Below, in pieces: positions 23,432 to 33,154 of a stretch of 64,000 bases of DNA. Position numbers and translations under genes: made by a program. Origin of the DNA: an uncultured Bacteroidota bacterium. GTDB lineage: Bacteria > Bacteroidota > Bacteroidia > Flavobacteriales > Flavobacteriaceae. The stretch spans positions 29,398 through 93,397 of the forward strand of contig CABXBY010000001.1 of assembly GCA_902510655.1 (NCBI GenBank), read 5' to 3'. The notes beneath the pieces were generated by a model that worked only from the letters and a program-made list of their open reading frames with translations, made no database searches and was not told where the DNA came from. How positions within the stretch are numbered: the first letter of the stretch is position 1; each line of letters starts with the position of its first letter.

Positions 23432-25104
23432 TAATTATCTGTAACACATCCTTTTGATGCATTTGAAACATTTTTGCAATATTTATATAATATTCCGTTT
23501 TTAAACTTAAGTTCTGGTTTAATCCAATTATTTTTTCTTTTTGTCAATTCTTCTTCTGAAATATCTAAAGATATTGAATTAGTAATCGCATCAATAATTA
23601 TGTTATCATTATTTTTTATAAGTGCTATGTTACCTCCGTCTTGAGCTTCAGGACAAATATGACCAACGACAAAACCATGAGTACCACCTGAAAATCTACC
23701 ATCAGTTATTAATGCTACTTCCTTTCCTAATCCACAACCCATTATTGCTGACGTAGGTTTTAACATTTCGGGCATTCCTGGGCCACCCTTTGGACCTACA
23801 TAACGTATAACAACTGTATTACCTTTTTTAACTAATCCATTTTTTATACCATCATTAGCTTCCTGTTCAGAATCAAAAACAATAGCTTTTCCTGAAAATT
23901 TTAAACCTTCTTTTCCAGTAATTTTTGCAACTGACCCTTTTGTAGCTATATTTCCGTATAAGATTCTAATATGTCCAGAATCTTTAATAGGTTCTGAGAT
24001 TGGTTTTATTACATTTTGATTAAAATCTAATGATTTTACATCTTCTAAATTTTCTTTTATTGTTTTTCCAGTAACTGTCATGCAGTCTCCATTTAACAAA
24101 TTATTTTCTAACATATATTTCATTACGGCTGGAATTCCACCAACATCATGAAGATCTTCCATAAGAAATTTTCCGCTAGGCTTTAAATCTGCTAAAAAAG
24201 GAGTCTTTTCTGAAATTTTTTGAAAATCGTCAATTGTAAAATTAATATTAGCACTTTTAGCAATGGCAAGCATGTGAAGAACAGCATTTGTTGATCCTCC
24301 TAAAACTGTTATTAATCTTACAGCATTTTTAATAGATTCTTTAGTAACTATGTCTAAAGGTTTTAAATCAAGATTAATTAAATTAAAAATTGCTTTTCCA
24401 ACTAAATCACATTCTTTAGTTTTTTGAGAACTAGTTGCAGGGTTTGATGAATTATACGGAAGTGACATACCCATTGCCTCTATTGCAGACGACATGGTGT
24501 TTGCAGTATACATTCCACCGCAGGCACCAGCACCTGGACAGGCATTTTTTATAATATTACTAAATTCATTTTCATCAATTTTTCCAGAAACTTTTTCACC
24601 CCAAGCTTCAAATGCCGAAACAACATCAAGTTTCTTTCCATTGTGACACCCTGGAGCAATTGTTCCACCATAAACTAAAATTGATGGTCGATTGAGTCTT
24701 AGCATTGAAATTAATGCACCAGGCATATTTTTATCACAACCAACAACAGTTATTAAAGAATCATAAGCCATTGCTTGTACAACAGTCTCAATTGAATCAG
24801 CGATAATATCACGAGATGGAAGTGAATATCTCATGCCTTGAGTTCCCATTGAAATACCATCACTAACTCCAATTGTATTAAATATTAATCCAATTAATTC
24901 ATTTTTATTAATACCATCTTTAATATTCTTAGAAAGATTATTTAAATGCATATTACAGGGATTACCCTCATAACCAGTACTAGCAATACCAACAAATGGC
25001 TTAGATAAATCCTTAGTAGTTAATCCAATTGCATGAAGCATTGCTTTAGCGGCTGGCTGAGTAGGATCTTGGGTGACGGCTTTACTATATTTATTTAAAA
25101 TCAT
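23431..25104 (-). CDS. ilvD: Dihydroxy-acid dehydratase
   Basis: 557 aa. [26 protein letters not shown] and [11 protein letters not shown]. Confidence 0.95.
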   Translation of the reverse strand: MILNKYSKAVTQDPTQPAAKAMLHAIGLTTKDLSKPFVGIASTGYEGNPCNMHLNNLSKNIKDGINKNELIGLIFNTIGVSDGISMGTQGMRYSLPSRDIIADSIETVVQAMAYDSLITVVGCDKNMPGALISMLRLNRPSILVYGGTIAPGCHNGKKLDVVSAFEAWGEKVSGKIDENEFSNIIKNACPGAGACGGMYTANTMSSAIEAMGMSLPYNSSNPATSSQKTKECDLVGKAIFNLINLDLKPLDIVTKESIKNAVRLITVLGGSTNAVLHMLAIAKSANINFTIDDFQKISEKTPFLADLKPSGKFLMEDLHDVGGIPAVMKYMLENNLLNGDCMTVTGKTIKENLEDVKSLDFNQNVIKPISEPIKDSGHIRILYGNIATKGSVAKITGKEGLKFSGKAIVFDSEQEANDGIKNGLVKKGNTVVIRYVGPKGGPGMPEMLKPTSAIMGCGLGKEVALITDGRFSGGTHGFVVGHICPEAQDGGNIALIKNNDNIIIDAITNSISLDISEEELTKRKNNWIKPELKFKNGILYKYCKNVSNASKGCVTDN

Positions 25105-25108
25105 TTCT

Positions 25109-25139
25109 AAAAAAAAACCCCTTATCTAAAGAGAAGGAG
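25109..25139 (-). promoter_or_regulatory. Terminator-like hairpin plus U9, 4 nt upstream of the ilvD start (possible attenuator)
   Basis: The minus strand reads CUCCUU-(10 nt loop)-AAGGGG followed by UUUUUUUUU, then AGAA-AUG. No minus-strand gene lies upstream for it to terminate. Confidence 0.35.
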
Positions 25140-25254
25140 CAAAATTTAATACTATATAAAAGTAAACAAAAAATCAATTAATTTACCTCATCATTAATTT
25201 AATTCATATTTTTATCAAAATCATAATTTAATTATTCAAAAAAACCCTTTTTTT

Positions 25255-26637
25255 ATGGATAAATCATTAAAATCAACAATTGACAATCAAAAAAATTATT
25301 TTAAATCAAAAAAAACATATAATGTCGACTTTAGAATTCAAAAATTAAAAGATCTTTTAAATGAGATTAAATCAAGCGAAAAAGAAATAGAATTAGCTTT
25401 ATTTAATGACTTAGGTAAATCAAAAGGAGAAAGTTATTTAACTGAAATACATTTTGTTTATTCCGAAATTAAAATTGCTCTTAGAAATTTAAAAAAATGG
25501 ACCAAAAGAAAAGCTGTTAGATCTACCCTACTAAATTTTCCATCATCTGATTACATAATTGCTGAACCTTATGGAAACACACTCCATATTTCACCTTGGA
25601 ACTACCCTTTTCAATTATCAATTGCTCCACTAATCGGAGCAATAGCAGCTGGAAATACGATTCTTTTAAAACCATCTGAATACTCTGAACAAACAAGTCA
25701 AATATTAAATAAAATTTTAAGTTCAGTTTTTGATAAAGGTCACGTAGATGTTGTTCTCGGCGGTCCTGATATATCAACTAAATTATTAGAATTTAAATGG
25801 GATTATATCTTTTTCACAGGAAGTGTTAGCGTTGGAAAAATTATAGCAAAAGCTGCTGCTACAAACTTAACTCCTACAACTCTTGAACTTGGCGGAAAAA
25901 ACCCTTGTATAGTTGACGAAACTGCTTCAATTAAGGTCACAGCAAAACGAATAGTGTGGGGAAAATTTACAAACTGTGGTCAAACATGTATAGCTCCTGA
26001 TTTTTTAATTGTAAATAAAAAAATAAAAAACGATTTAATTAAAGAATTAATTGCCCAAATTATTAATACCTATAGTGATGATGTTATAAAATGTGAAGAA
26101 TATGGAAGAATTATCAGTGATAAACACATGAAATATCTTAATTCATTGCTCAAGAACGAAAAAATATTGCATGGTGGTAAATTTGATATGGATAGTAAGT
26201 TTTTTGAACCAACAATAGTAGAAGTTGAAAATTTAGATTCTAAAATAATGGAAGATGAAATATTTGGACCAATATTACCTATTATTGAATATAGTGATTT
26301 TAAAGAGGTTGATGAATTAGTAAATAAATATTCACATCCTTTAGCATTATATATTTTTACAAACAGAAGTGAATTTGGAAAAAAATTTTTAGAATCTCAC
26401 CCATTTGGAGGTGGTGCTATTAATGATACTGTTATGCATATAGCAAATGATAGACTGCCTTTTGGAGGAGTTGGACAAAGTGGTATGGGAAAATACCATG
26501 GAGAATCAACATTTGATACATTTTCTCATTTCAAGCCATACATTTCTAAGCCTCTATGGATAGATCCTCCACTGAGATATCCTCCTTTTAAAAATAAGAT
26601 AAGTTTCTTAAAAAAAATATTAAAGTTAATATCATAG
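25255..26637 (+). CDS. Aldehyde dehydrogenase (class 3-like)
   Basis: 460 aa. LELGGKNPCIV and catalytic Cys in NCGQTCIAPD. Confidence 0.85.
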   Translation: MDKSLKSTIDNQKNYFKSKKTYNVDFRIQKLKDLLNEIKSSEKEIELALFNDLGKSKGESYLTEIHFVYSEIKIALRNLKKWTKRKAVRSTLLNFPSSDYIIAEPYGNTLHISPWNYPFQLSIAPLIGAIAAGNTILLKPSEYSEQTSQILNKILSSVFDKGHVDVVLGGPDISTKLLEFKWDYIFFTGSVSVGKIIAKAAATNLTPTTLELGGKNPCIVDETASIKVTAKRIVWGKFTNCGQTCIAPDFLIVNKKIKNDLIKELIAQIINTYSDDVIKCEEYGRIISDKHMKYLNSLLKNEKILHGGKFDMDSKFFEPTIVEVENLDSKIMEDEIFGPILPIIEYSDFKEVDELVNKYSHPLALYIFTNRSEFGKKFLESHPFGGGAINDTVMHIANDRLPFGGVGQSGMGKYHGESTFDTFSHFKPYISKPLWIDPPLRYPPFKNKISFLKKILKLIS

Positions 26638-26661
26638 ATTTGCGCAAAAATAATACCAAGA

Positions 26662-27388
26662 ATGAAGAAAGAAAAATCCGTTTCTGACGCCATAAAATAT
26701 CGTAGGTCTGTAAGAGTTTTTTAATAATGATGACATCGACCCTGATAAAGTAAAAAAATGCTTATTTAATGCTAGCTTAGCCCCCAACAGTAGTAACCTT
26801 CAATTATGGGAATTTGTTCATGTTAGTGATAAAAAAATTTTAAAAAAATTATCAAAAGCTTGCTTTAATCAAAATGCTGCTAAAACAGCTAATCAATTAG
26901 TTGTTATTGTTGTAAGAAAAGATCTTTGGAAAAAAAGAGCTCAATGGAACGTTGATGTTATTACAAAGCAATCAAAAAATAATGAAATTTCTGAAAAAAG
27001 ATTAAAACAAGCCCATGCTTATTACAAAAAAATTATACCAACATTATACGCTGATTTTTTTGGCATTTTTGGAGTAATTAAAAGTATAATATTTCAAATT
27101 ATTGGATTGTTCAGACCAACCATGAGACAGGTTACTAGTTCAGACACTAGAATTGTTGCACACAAAAGCGCTGGATTAGCAGCTCAAAACTTTATGTTAA
27201 GTATGTCAGGAATTGGTTATGACACTTGCCCTATGGAGGGATCAGATACTTTAATGGTAAAAAACATTTTAAATCTTCCATATAATTCTGAAATAAATAT
27301 GGTTATAGGGTGTGGAATTAGAACAAAGGAAGGGATTTATGGAGATCAATTAAGAGTTCCTTTTAAAGATGTATATCGTTATATTTGA
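26662..27388 (+). pseudogene. Nitroreductase-family gene interrupted by a frameshift in a T6 run
   Basis: ATG at 26662 gives MKKEKSVSDAIKYRRSVRVF, then TAA at 26722. One frame over, the sequence continues NNDDIDPDKVKKCLFNASLAPNSSNLQLWEF... in phase with the 27107-27388 ORF. Removing one T from the T6 run at 26717-26722 restores a single ~241-codon reading frame. Confidence 0.8.
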
Positions 27389-27400
27389 CAAATTTTATCA

Positions 27401-27871
27401 ATGAACACATCTCTTTTCAAAGAAATATGTAGTACTTATGCTACAGGAGTTACTATAATTACTTCTAAAGACAATAATAAAGATTATGGATTTACAGCTA
27501 ATTCATTTACTTCTGTTTCTATTGATCCACTATTAGTTTTATTTTGTTTAAACAAAGAAGCTAAATCAAATATTGCTTTAAAAAAAAATAGTTTTTTTAA
27601 TGTAAGTATCTTAAGTAATGTTCAAAAAGATATTTGTTATCAGTTTGCTAATAATAAATTAAGTCAAAAAGAAAGGTTTAGTGGAATTAAAACAACTGAA
27701 TCCAAAAATAATATAAAAATAATATCAAATTCTTGTTCTTTCCTAGAATGTAAAATAATAGACACAATAAGTGCTGGAGACCACTTTATATATATTGGTA
27801 AATGTTTGAGTGGTGAAATAAATAAATCTAAGTTAAATCCTTTAATATATCATGAAGGAAAAACACTATAA
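27401..27871 (+). CDS. Flavin reductase-like FMN-binding protein
   Basis: GVTIITS...GFTANSFTSVSIDPLLVLFCL is typical of split-barrel flavin reductases. Confidence 0.8.
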   Translation: MNTSLFKEICSTYATGVTIITSKDNNKDYGFTANSFTSVSIDPLLVLFCLNKEAKSNIALKKNSFFNVSILSNVQKDICYQFANNKLSQKERFSGIKTTESKNNIKIISNSCSFLECKIIDTISAGDHFIYIGKCLSGEINKSKLNPLIYHEGKTL

Positions 27872-29818
27872 ATTATCTAACCCCTCTTTTAACCAATTTA
27901 AGTATTTGTCTTTGGAAGTGTACTGTATTGGTTTATTGAGTATTCTTAAATCATTATCTAAAAGCACATAATACGGTTGCGAAGCACTTTTGAAGTTAAT
28001 TGCTTGAAAGGTAGCTCCTTTCTCTCCTACTGTTTTAATAATTTTTTCTTTACCAGACTTGTATTTTAATGTAATGAAATCTTTGACTTCTAACTCCTTT
28101 CTATCATCAACATAAAGTGATATTAAAACAAAATTATCATTAATCAAATTATAAACTTCAGGATCAGTCCAAACGTTTTCTTCAATCCTCCTACAATTTA
28201 CACATGCCCATCCAGTAAAATCTAATAATATTGGTTTGTTTTGAGATTTAGCGTAACTAAGACCTGAATCAAAGTCTTTAAAGCAAGTAAAGCCCAAAGG
28301 ACAATCATTTGACTTACTATAAATGGAATAAAATGCTGGAGGGGTAAATCCACTTAATATTCTAGCTTTATCAGAACCGTTTTGTAACAAAGCTGGAAAA
28401 AGATAAACAGAAAAACCTAAAACAAAAAAACCTAGAATAAGATTAAATTTTGATGTTATAACATTTTTACTCTCATGTGGGAATTTATATAAACCTAATA
28501 AATACAAAGACAAAGAAAAAGAAATTAATACCCATATTCCAATAAAAACTTCTCTTTTAAGTATCCCCCAATGTTCAACTAAATCGGCGTTAGACAAAAA
28601 CTTGAAAGCAAAACCTAATTCTAAAAAACCTAAAATTACTTTAAACGTATTCATCCATCTCCCAGATTTAGGAAGAGTAGTTAGCAAATTTGGGAATAAA
28701 GCAAAAATTGTAAATGGTAAAGCTAAAGCTACTCCAAAACCTAACATCCCTATGGTTAACTGAATTGCGCCCCCTTGAGATGAAATTGAACCAACTAACA
28801 AAGAACCTAAAATTGGACCAGTACAGGAAAACGATACTAATACCAAAGTTAATGCCATAAAAAAAATTCCTATATAGCCACCAACAGAGTTAGATTTTGA
28901 GTCAATTGAATTAACCCATTTTGAAGGGATTGTTATTTCATAGAAACCAAAAAATGAAAACGCAAACAAAATAAAGACTACAAAAAAGAAGATATTCAAT
29001 CCTGCATTTGTTGATATACTGTTTAATATTTCTGGATCAATTGAATCAAGAAAATGAAAAGGAATACTTAAGGACAAATAGATACCAACTATAAATAGAC
29101 CGTATATAATTGCATTGAACTTGGAATTCTGTTCAGATTTGTTATTTGTAAAGAACGAAACAGTCAGTGGAATCATTGGAAAAACACATGGTGTAAGAAG
29201 TGCTAATAAACCACCAATAAATCCAAGTATAAATAGATTTAAATATGAACTAGAAGTCAAAGCTGAACTATCGTTAATTGTAGATAATAATTCCGTGTTT
29301 TTTAAATCAATTGCTAATGCATTGTTGTTTTCATAGATATCGGATGTTAAATCTATATTTTCAATAGCTAATGTTGATCCGTCAAAATTAAAAATAAGAT
29401 TTGCTTCTCTAAAAATACATACAACGTCGTCACAAGCCTGATATGCAATTACAGCAGAGATATTATAAATAATTTTATTAGTCTCAATTAATTGTGTGAA
29501 AGTTGATTGATTTTCAAAATAAGATTGTTCAATCTGAAAAATAGGATCAAATTTTGTTATTGATTGAGACTCACTAACATCTCCAATTAATTTAACGGAT
29601 TGTGATTTATTATCAAAAATAAACTCTGTTGGAATCGCTCCCCCAGATAATAAGTTCTGTGAATATAACCTCCACTTTTTCTGAATGTTAGCTGTGGTAA
29701 TTAGTTCAAAAGTGTTTTCAGAAATCTTATTTACCTTAGTCTCAAAAGTTATTGGATCCTGAGAATAACCAAGAAAACTTAGAGTTAAAAATAATATTAC
29801 TAAAAAATTATTTTTCAA
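27866..29818 (-). CDS. dsbD: Thiol:disulfide interchange protein DsbD-like
   Basis: N-terminal domain with ACDDVVC, CcdA-type membrane core (LTPCVFPMIP, FSCTGP), and a C-terminal thioredoxin fold GWACVNCR. Confidence 0.85.
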   Translation of the reverse strand: MKNNFLVILFLTLSFLGYSQDPITFETKVNKISENTFELITTANIQKKWRLYSQNLLSGGAIPTEFIFDNKSQSVKLIGDVSESQSITKFDPIFQIEQSYFENQSTFTQLIETNKIIYNISAVIAYQACDDVVCIFREANLIFNFDGSTLAIENIDLTSDIYENNNALAIDLKNTELLSTINDSSALTSSSYLNLFILGFIGGLLALLTPCVFPMIPLTVSFFTNNKSEQNSKFNAIIYGLFIVGIYLSLSIPFHFLDSIDPEILNSISTNAGLNIFFFVVFILFAFSFFGFYEITIPSKWVNSIDSKSNSVGGYIGIFFMALTLVLVSFSCTGPILGSLLVGSISSQGGAIQLTIGMLGFGVALALPFTIFALFPNLLTTLPKSGRWMNTFKVILGFLELGFAFKFLSNADLVEHWGILKREVFIGIWVLISFSLSLYLLGLYKFPHESKNVITSKFNLILGFFVLGFSVYLFPALLQNGSDKARILSGFTPPAFYSIYSKSNDCPLGFTCFKDFDSGLSYAKSQNKPILLDFTGWACVNCRRIEENVWTDPEVYNLINDNFVLISLYVDDRKELEVKDFITLKYKSGKEKIIKTVGEKGATFQAINFKSASQPYYVLLDNDLRILNKPIQYTSKDKYLNWLKEGLDNL

Positions 29819-31094
29819 AGAATGATATTTTTAAATTAGAATCAGTGTCAGTATACTTTCTTCTATCAAATCTTATGCCAATTACCCATAAAATATGATC
29901 TTGATCAGTTAGCACATATTGTTTATCTTTTTCAAATTTAGACAGCTTATTGTCTTTTAATAATTTAGACACTAATTTTTTTCCATTCATGCCTGTTGGA
30001 TAAATCAAATCACCGGGTTGACATTTTCTGATTATTAAAGGAAATTTAATTTGATCTTTAATTAAGTATAAAGATTTTTTGTCATTAACGTAATTACCTT
30101 CTTCTACTAATATATTTTCTGGAAACAAGAAATCACTTTGGTTATTATAAAAATAATCTATTTTAATATTTTTAGTATTTTTTTTAATTATTAGATGTGT
30201 CCTATTGCTTAAAATAGAATATAGTTTAGAAGTAATAATTTTTCCAGTTTCAGCTTTACATAAACTAACAATTTGATCTGTGTTTTTAAATCCATAATCA
30301 GTAAACAAATTAAAAATCATTACACTTGACAAATTTTTTAGTGCTGTTTTTAAGATTAAAATTTCATCATTTTTAGTTTTAAAATTAATGGACTTAAAAT
30401 TTTCTGTATGTTCTTTTAAGATTAAATTAGATTCATTTAGACGAGCTAAGGTTTTAGAAAAGTTACTTGTAAAATTAGAATCAATATCACTTAAGACTGG
30501 AACTAACTTATTACGAATTTTATTTCTCAAATAATCGTTTTTTAAGTTAGAAGAATCTTCTCTCCATTTAATATTAATATCATTAGCATAATCAATTATT
30601 TGAGATTTATTAAAGGGCAGTAAAGGTCGAACTACTTTATTATTAATTGAATTTATACCGGTAAGACCATCAATTCCAGTAGATCTAGTTAAATTAATCA
30701 AAAATGTTTCTATAGAATCATTTAAATGATGAGCAGTTAATATAAAATCATATTTATATAACTCAAGTAATTCATAAAACCAATCATACCTTAATTTTCT
30801 AGCAGCCATTTGGACTGAATGCTTAGGTATATTAATATTAAAATCTTTTGAATAAAACGGGACAGATATTTTATTGCATAAATTTTCAACAAAAAAACTA
30901 TCATCATCACTTTCTTTATGCCTCAATTTAAAATTACAATGTGCAACTCCAATTTTATAATTCATTTTATTTAAAAGGTGCAAAAGAACCACACTGTCAA
31001 TACCTCCACTAACACAAACCAATAATTTTTTGCCATGTAAAAAAGACAAATCATTATCAATGTGTTTATTAATTAGATCTAACATTCTTAACAA
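29808..31094 (-). CDS. tilS: tRNA(Ile)-lysidine synthase
   Basis: PP-loop VCVSGGIDS. TAHHLNDSIETFLINL. C-terminal lysidine-synthase domain. Confidence 0.9.
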   Translation of the reverse strand: MLRMLDLINKHIDNDLSFLHGKKLLVCVSGGIDSVVLLHLLNKMNYKIGVAHCNFKLRHKESDDDSFFVENLCNKISVPFYSKDFNINIPKHSVQMAARKLRYDWFYELLELYKYDFILTAHHLNDSIETFLINLTRSTGIDGLTGINSINNKVVRPLLPFNKSQIIDYANDINIKWREDSSNLKNDYLRNKIRNKLVPVLSDIDSNFTSNFSKTLARLNESNLILKEHTENFKSINFKTKNDEILILKTALKNLSSVMIFNLFTDYGFKNTDQIVSLCKAETGKIITSKLYSILSNRTHLIIKKNTKNIKIDYFYNNQSDFLFPENILVEEGNYVNDKKSLYLIKDQIKFPLIIRKCQPGDLIYPTGMNGKKLVSKLLKDNKLSKFEKDKQYVLTDQDHILWVIGIRFDRRKYTDTDSNLKISFFEK

Positions 31095-31118
31095 TATTAC
31101 ATTAAAAAAGCATATAAA

Positions 31119-32420
31119 TTAAGTTAATGATAAAATCATTGCTTTACCTTTTAACAAGCATTCATCATATTCGTTTACCCCTTTTGATTTAGCAGTAATA
31201 GCACTACCAACATGAAAAGACAAGTGTTTACTCTCAGAATCATATATAAGTGACCTTATTACTACATTAAAATCAAAATTACCATAAGGATCTATAAAAC
31301 CAACAGCTCCACTGTAAAGCCCTCTTTTTGTTTCCTCTAGTTCATCAATTATTTTCATTGCTTTAACTTTAGGAGCTCCAGTCATACTGCCCATTGGAAA
31401 ACTACCCTCAATTATTTTACTAATTTTCAAAGAAGAATCAACTTTAGATTCAATTGTAGAAATCATTTGATGAACTTGTTTAAAAGGATAAACCTCACAT
31501 AATTCCTTAACCTTAACAGAACCTGGTTTTGAAAATCTTGACATATCATTTCTTACTAAATCTACAATCATTATATTTTCAGACCTTTCTTTAGGATCAA
31601 GGCTTAAATTATCTTTTAATTTTTTGTCAATAACAAAATCTATATCTCTTCTACTTGTACCTTTAATGGGTTGACTAATTAGTTTGTTATTATTTCTTTT
31701 TAAATATCTTTCTGGAGAAGAGCAAATTAAATGTAATTTTTTGTTTTTAAAATAAACACTCATCGGAGATTTAGATATTTTATTAAGATTTTTATAAACG
31801 TAAAGTGGATTTATTTTAGCATGTTCACTAAACCACTCAAAACAAAAGTTAGCTTCATATACATCTCCTCTATTAATATGGTTTTTTAATACATCTATCT
31901 TATTTAAATATTGTTCTTTATTAAGTTTTTGGCTTAGTTTAGGAGGATTAAAAGGATTGTTTTCATTTTTACAATTCAAATTATTAATAGTGTTCCAATC
32001 TTCAATAATTAAATTAGATTCTAAATACAAAGCTTCAACATAATCATTTTTTATTATCCATATTTTTTTTGGCTGATAAAAATATAGATTAGGTAAGTTA
32101 AAATTGTCAGGATTATTACTTTTTAAATTTTCAATCTCATTTTTTAAATCATAATTTAAATATCCGAATACCCAGTCATCAACTTTTTTTAAATAATTAT
32201 CCAGTTTTTGTGTGGAATTATTTTTTGTAAAAGGTATCTCCGACTCCAGTTCAACAGCACATATGCACTCATATTGTTTAATATTAGAACTGTAGTTGTT
32301 TGAATTTAAAAATGAAGAGTAAGTAAACTTATTTGACCACTTTAATAATTTATCTCTAAAAAGATTTAAATCTTCAAGTTTAAATTTTTTAGAAAATCTT
32401 TTCAATTTTTTTTTCTTCAA
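31119..32420 (-). CDS. pabB: Aminodeoxychorismate synthase component I (chorismate-binding enzyme)
   Basis: FPMGSMTGAPKVKAM, RGLYSGAVGF and SPERYL. Lies beside tilS rather than trp genes. Confidence 0.75.
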   Translation of the reverse strand: MKKKKLKRFSKKFKLEDLNLFRDKLLKWSNKFTYSSFLNSNNYSSNIKQYECICAVELESEIPFTKNNSTQKLDNYLKKVDDWVFGYLNYDLKNEIENLKSNNPDNFNLPNLYFYQPKKIWIIKNDYVEALYLESNLIIEDWNTINNLNCKNENNPFNPPKLSQKLNKEQYLNKIDVLKNHINRGDVYEANFCFEWFSEHAKINPLYVYKNLNKISKSPMSVYFKNKKLHLICSSPERYLKRNNNKLISQPIKGTSRRDIDFVIDKKLKDNLSLDPKERSENIMIVDLVRNDMSRFSKPGSVKVKELCEVYPFKQVHQMISTIESKVDSSLKISKIIEGSFPMGSMTGAPKVKAMKIIDELEETKRGLYSGAVGFIDPYGNFDFNVVIRSLIYDSESKHLSFHVGSAITAKSKGVNEYDECLLKGKAMILSLT

Positions 32421-32518
32421 ATTTACTTAATTGTTTTTTTTAAAATATATTTTGTTTGTTAAATATTTTTGTAGACATTTACAATGTGATTAACAATAGA
32501 TATTTTAATTTTTCTTTA

Positions 32519-32592
32519 AACGCACCGGCTGTCCGTCGTGCCCGCCCTTTTGGGTATATATCTATTTAGGAAACTAGGTGAGTCCAGTTTCA
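32519..32592 (+). promoter_or_regulatory. GC-rich structured patch plus hairpin in the spacer upstream of the arg operon (possible leader)
   Basis: ACGCACCGGCTGTCCGTCGTGCCCGCCC stands out in AT-rich DNA. It can form GCAC-CGG-[CTGT]-CCG-(TC)-GTGC. A perfect 6-bp hairpin GAAACT-(10 nt)-AGTTTC lies at 32570-32591. Confidence 0.3.
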
Positions 32593-32626
32593 TTTCAATT
32601 CATTCTTAACTAAAACTTTAAACATC

Positions 32627-33151
32627 TTGGAAATTACTGTTGCTTCATTGAAGCATATAAAATATTGTGATATTATATCAAAATCTATTAGTTCTTCAGC
32701 AAAGACTAGAGGAACAGGAATAGCTTTAAGATCGCCTGAATACATTAGAAAAAAAATTGAAAATGGCAATGCAGTTATTGCAATCAAAGAAAATGATTTT
32801 GCTGGGTTTTGTTATATAGAAATATGGGGGCACGGAAAATATGTTGCTCATTCAGGACTGATTGTTAATCCGTTATTTAGAGGAAAAGGGCTTGCAAAAA
32901 AAATTAAAAAATTAACATTTGAACATTCAATTTATAAATATCCAAACGCTAAGATATTTGGAATTACTACTGGGTTACCCGTTATGAAAATAAATTATCA
33001 ATTAGGTTATAAGCCAGTAACATTTTCTGAGTTAACAAGCGATGAAGAATTTTGGAAAGGATGTCAAACATGTAAAAATTATGACGTTTTAAACAGAACA
33101 AATAAATCCATGTGTCTTTGCACTGGGATGCTTTATGAACCAAAAAAATAA
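32627..33151 (+). CDS. GNAT-family N-acyltransferase, first gene of the arginine operon (probable N-acyl-glutamate synthase)
   Basis: GNAT core GLIVNPLFRGKGLAKKIK. Ends 3 nt before argG. TTG start. Confidence 0.7.
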   Translation: MEITVASLKHIKYCDIISKSISSSAKTRGTGIALRSPEYIRKKIENGNAVIAIKENDFAGFCYIEIWGHGKYVAHSGLIVNPLFRGKGLAKKIKKLTFEHSIYKYPNAKIFGITTGLPVMKINYQLGYKPVTFSELTSDEEFWKGCQTCKNYDVLNRTNKSMCLCTGMLYEPKK

Positions 33152-33154
33152 ATC

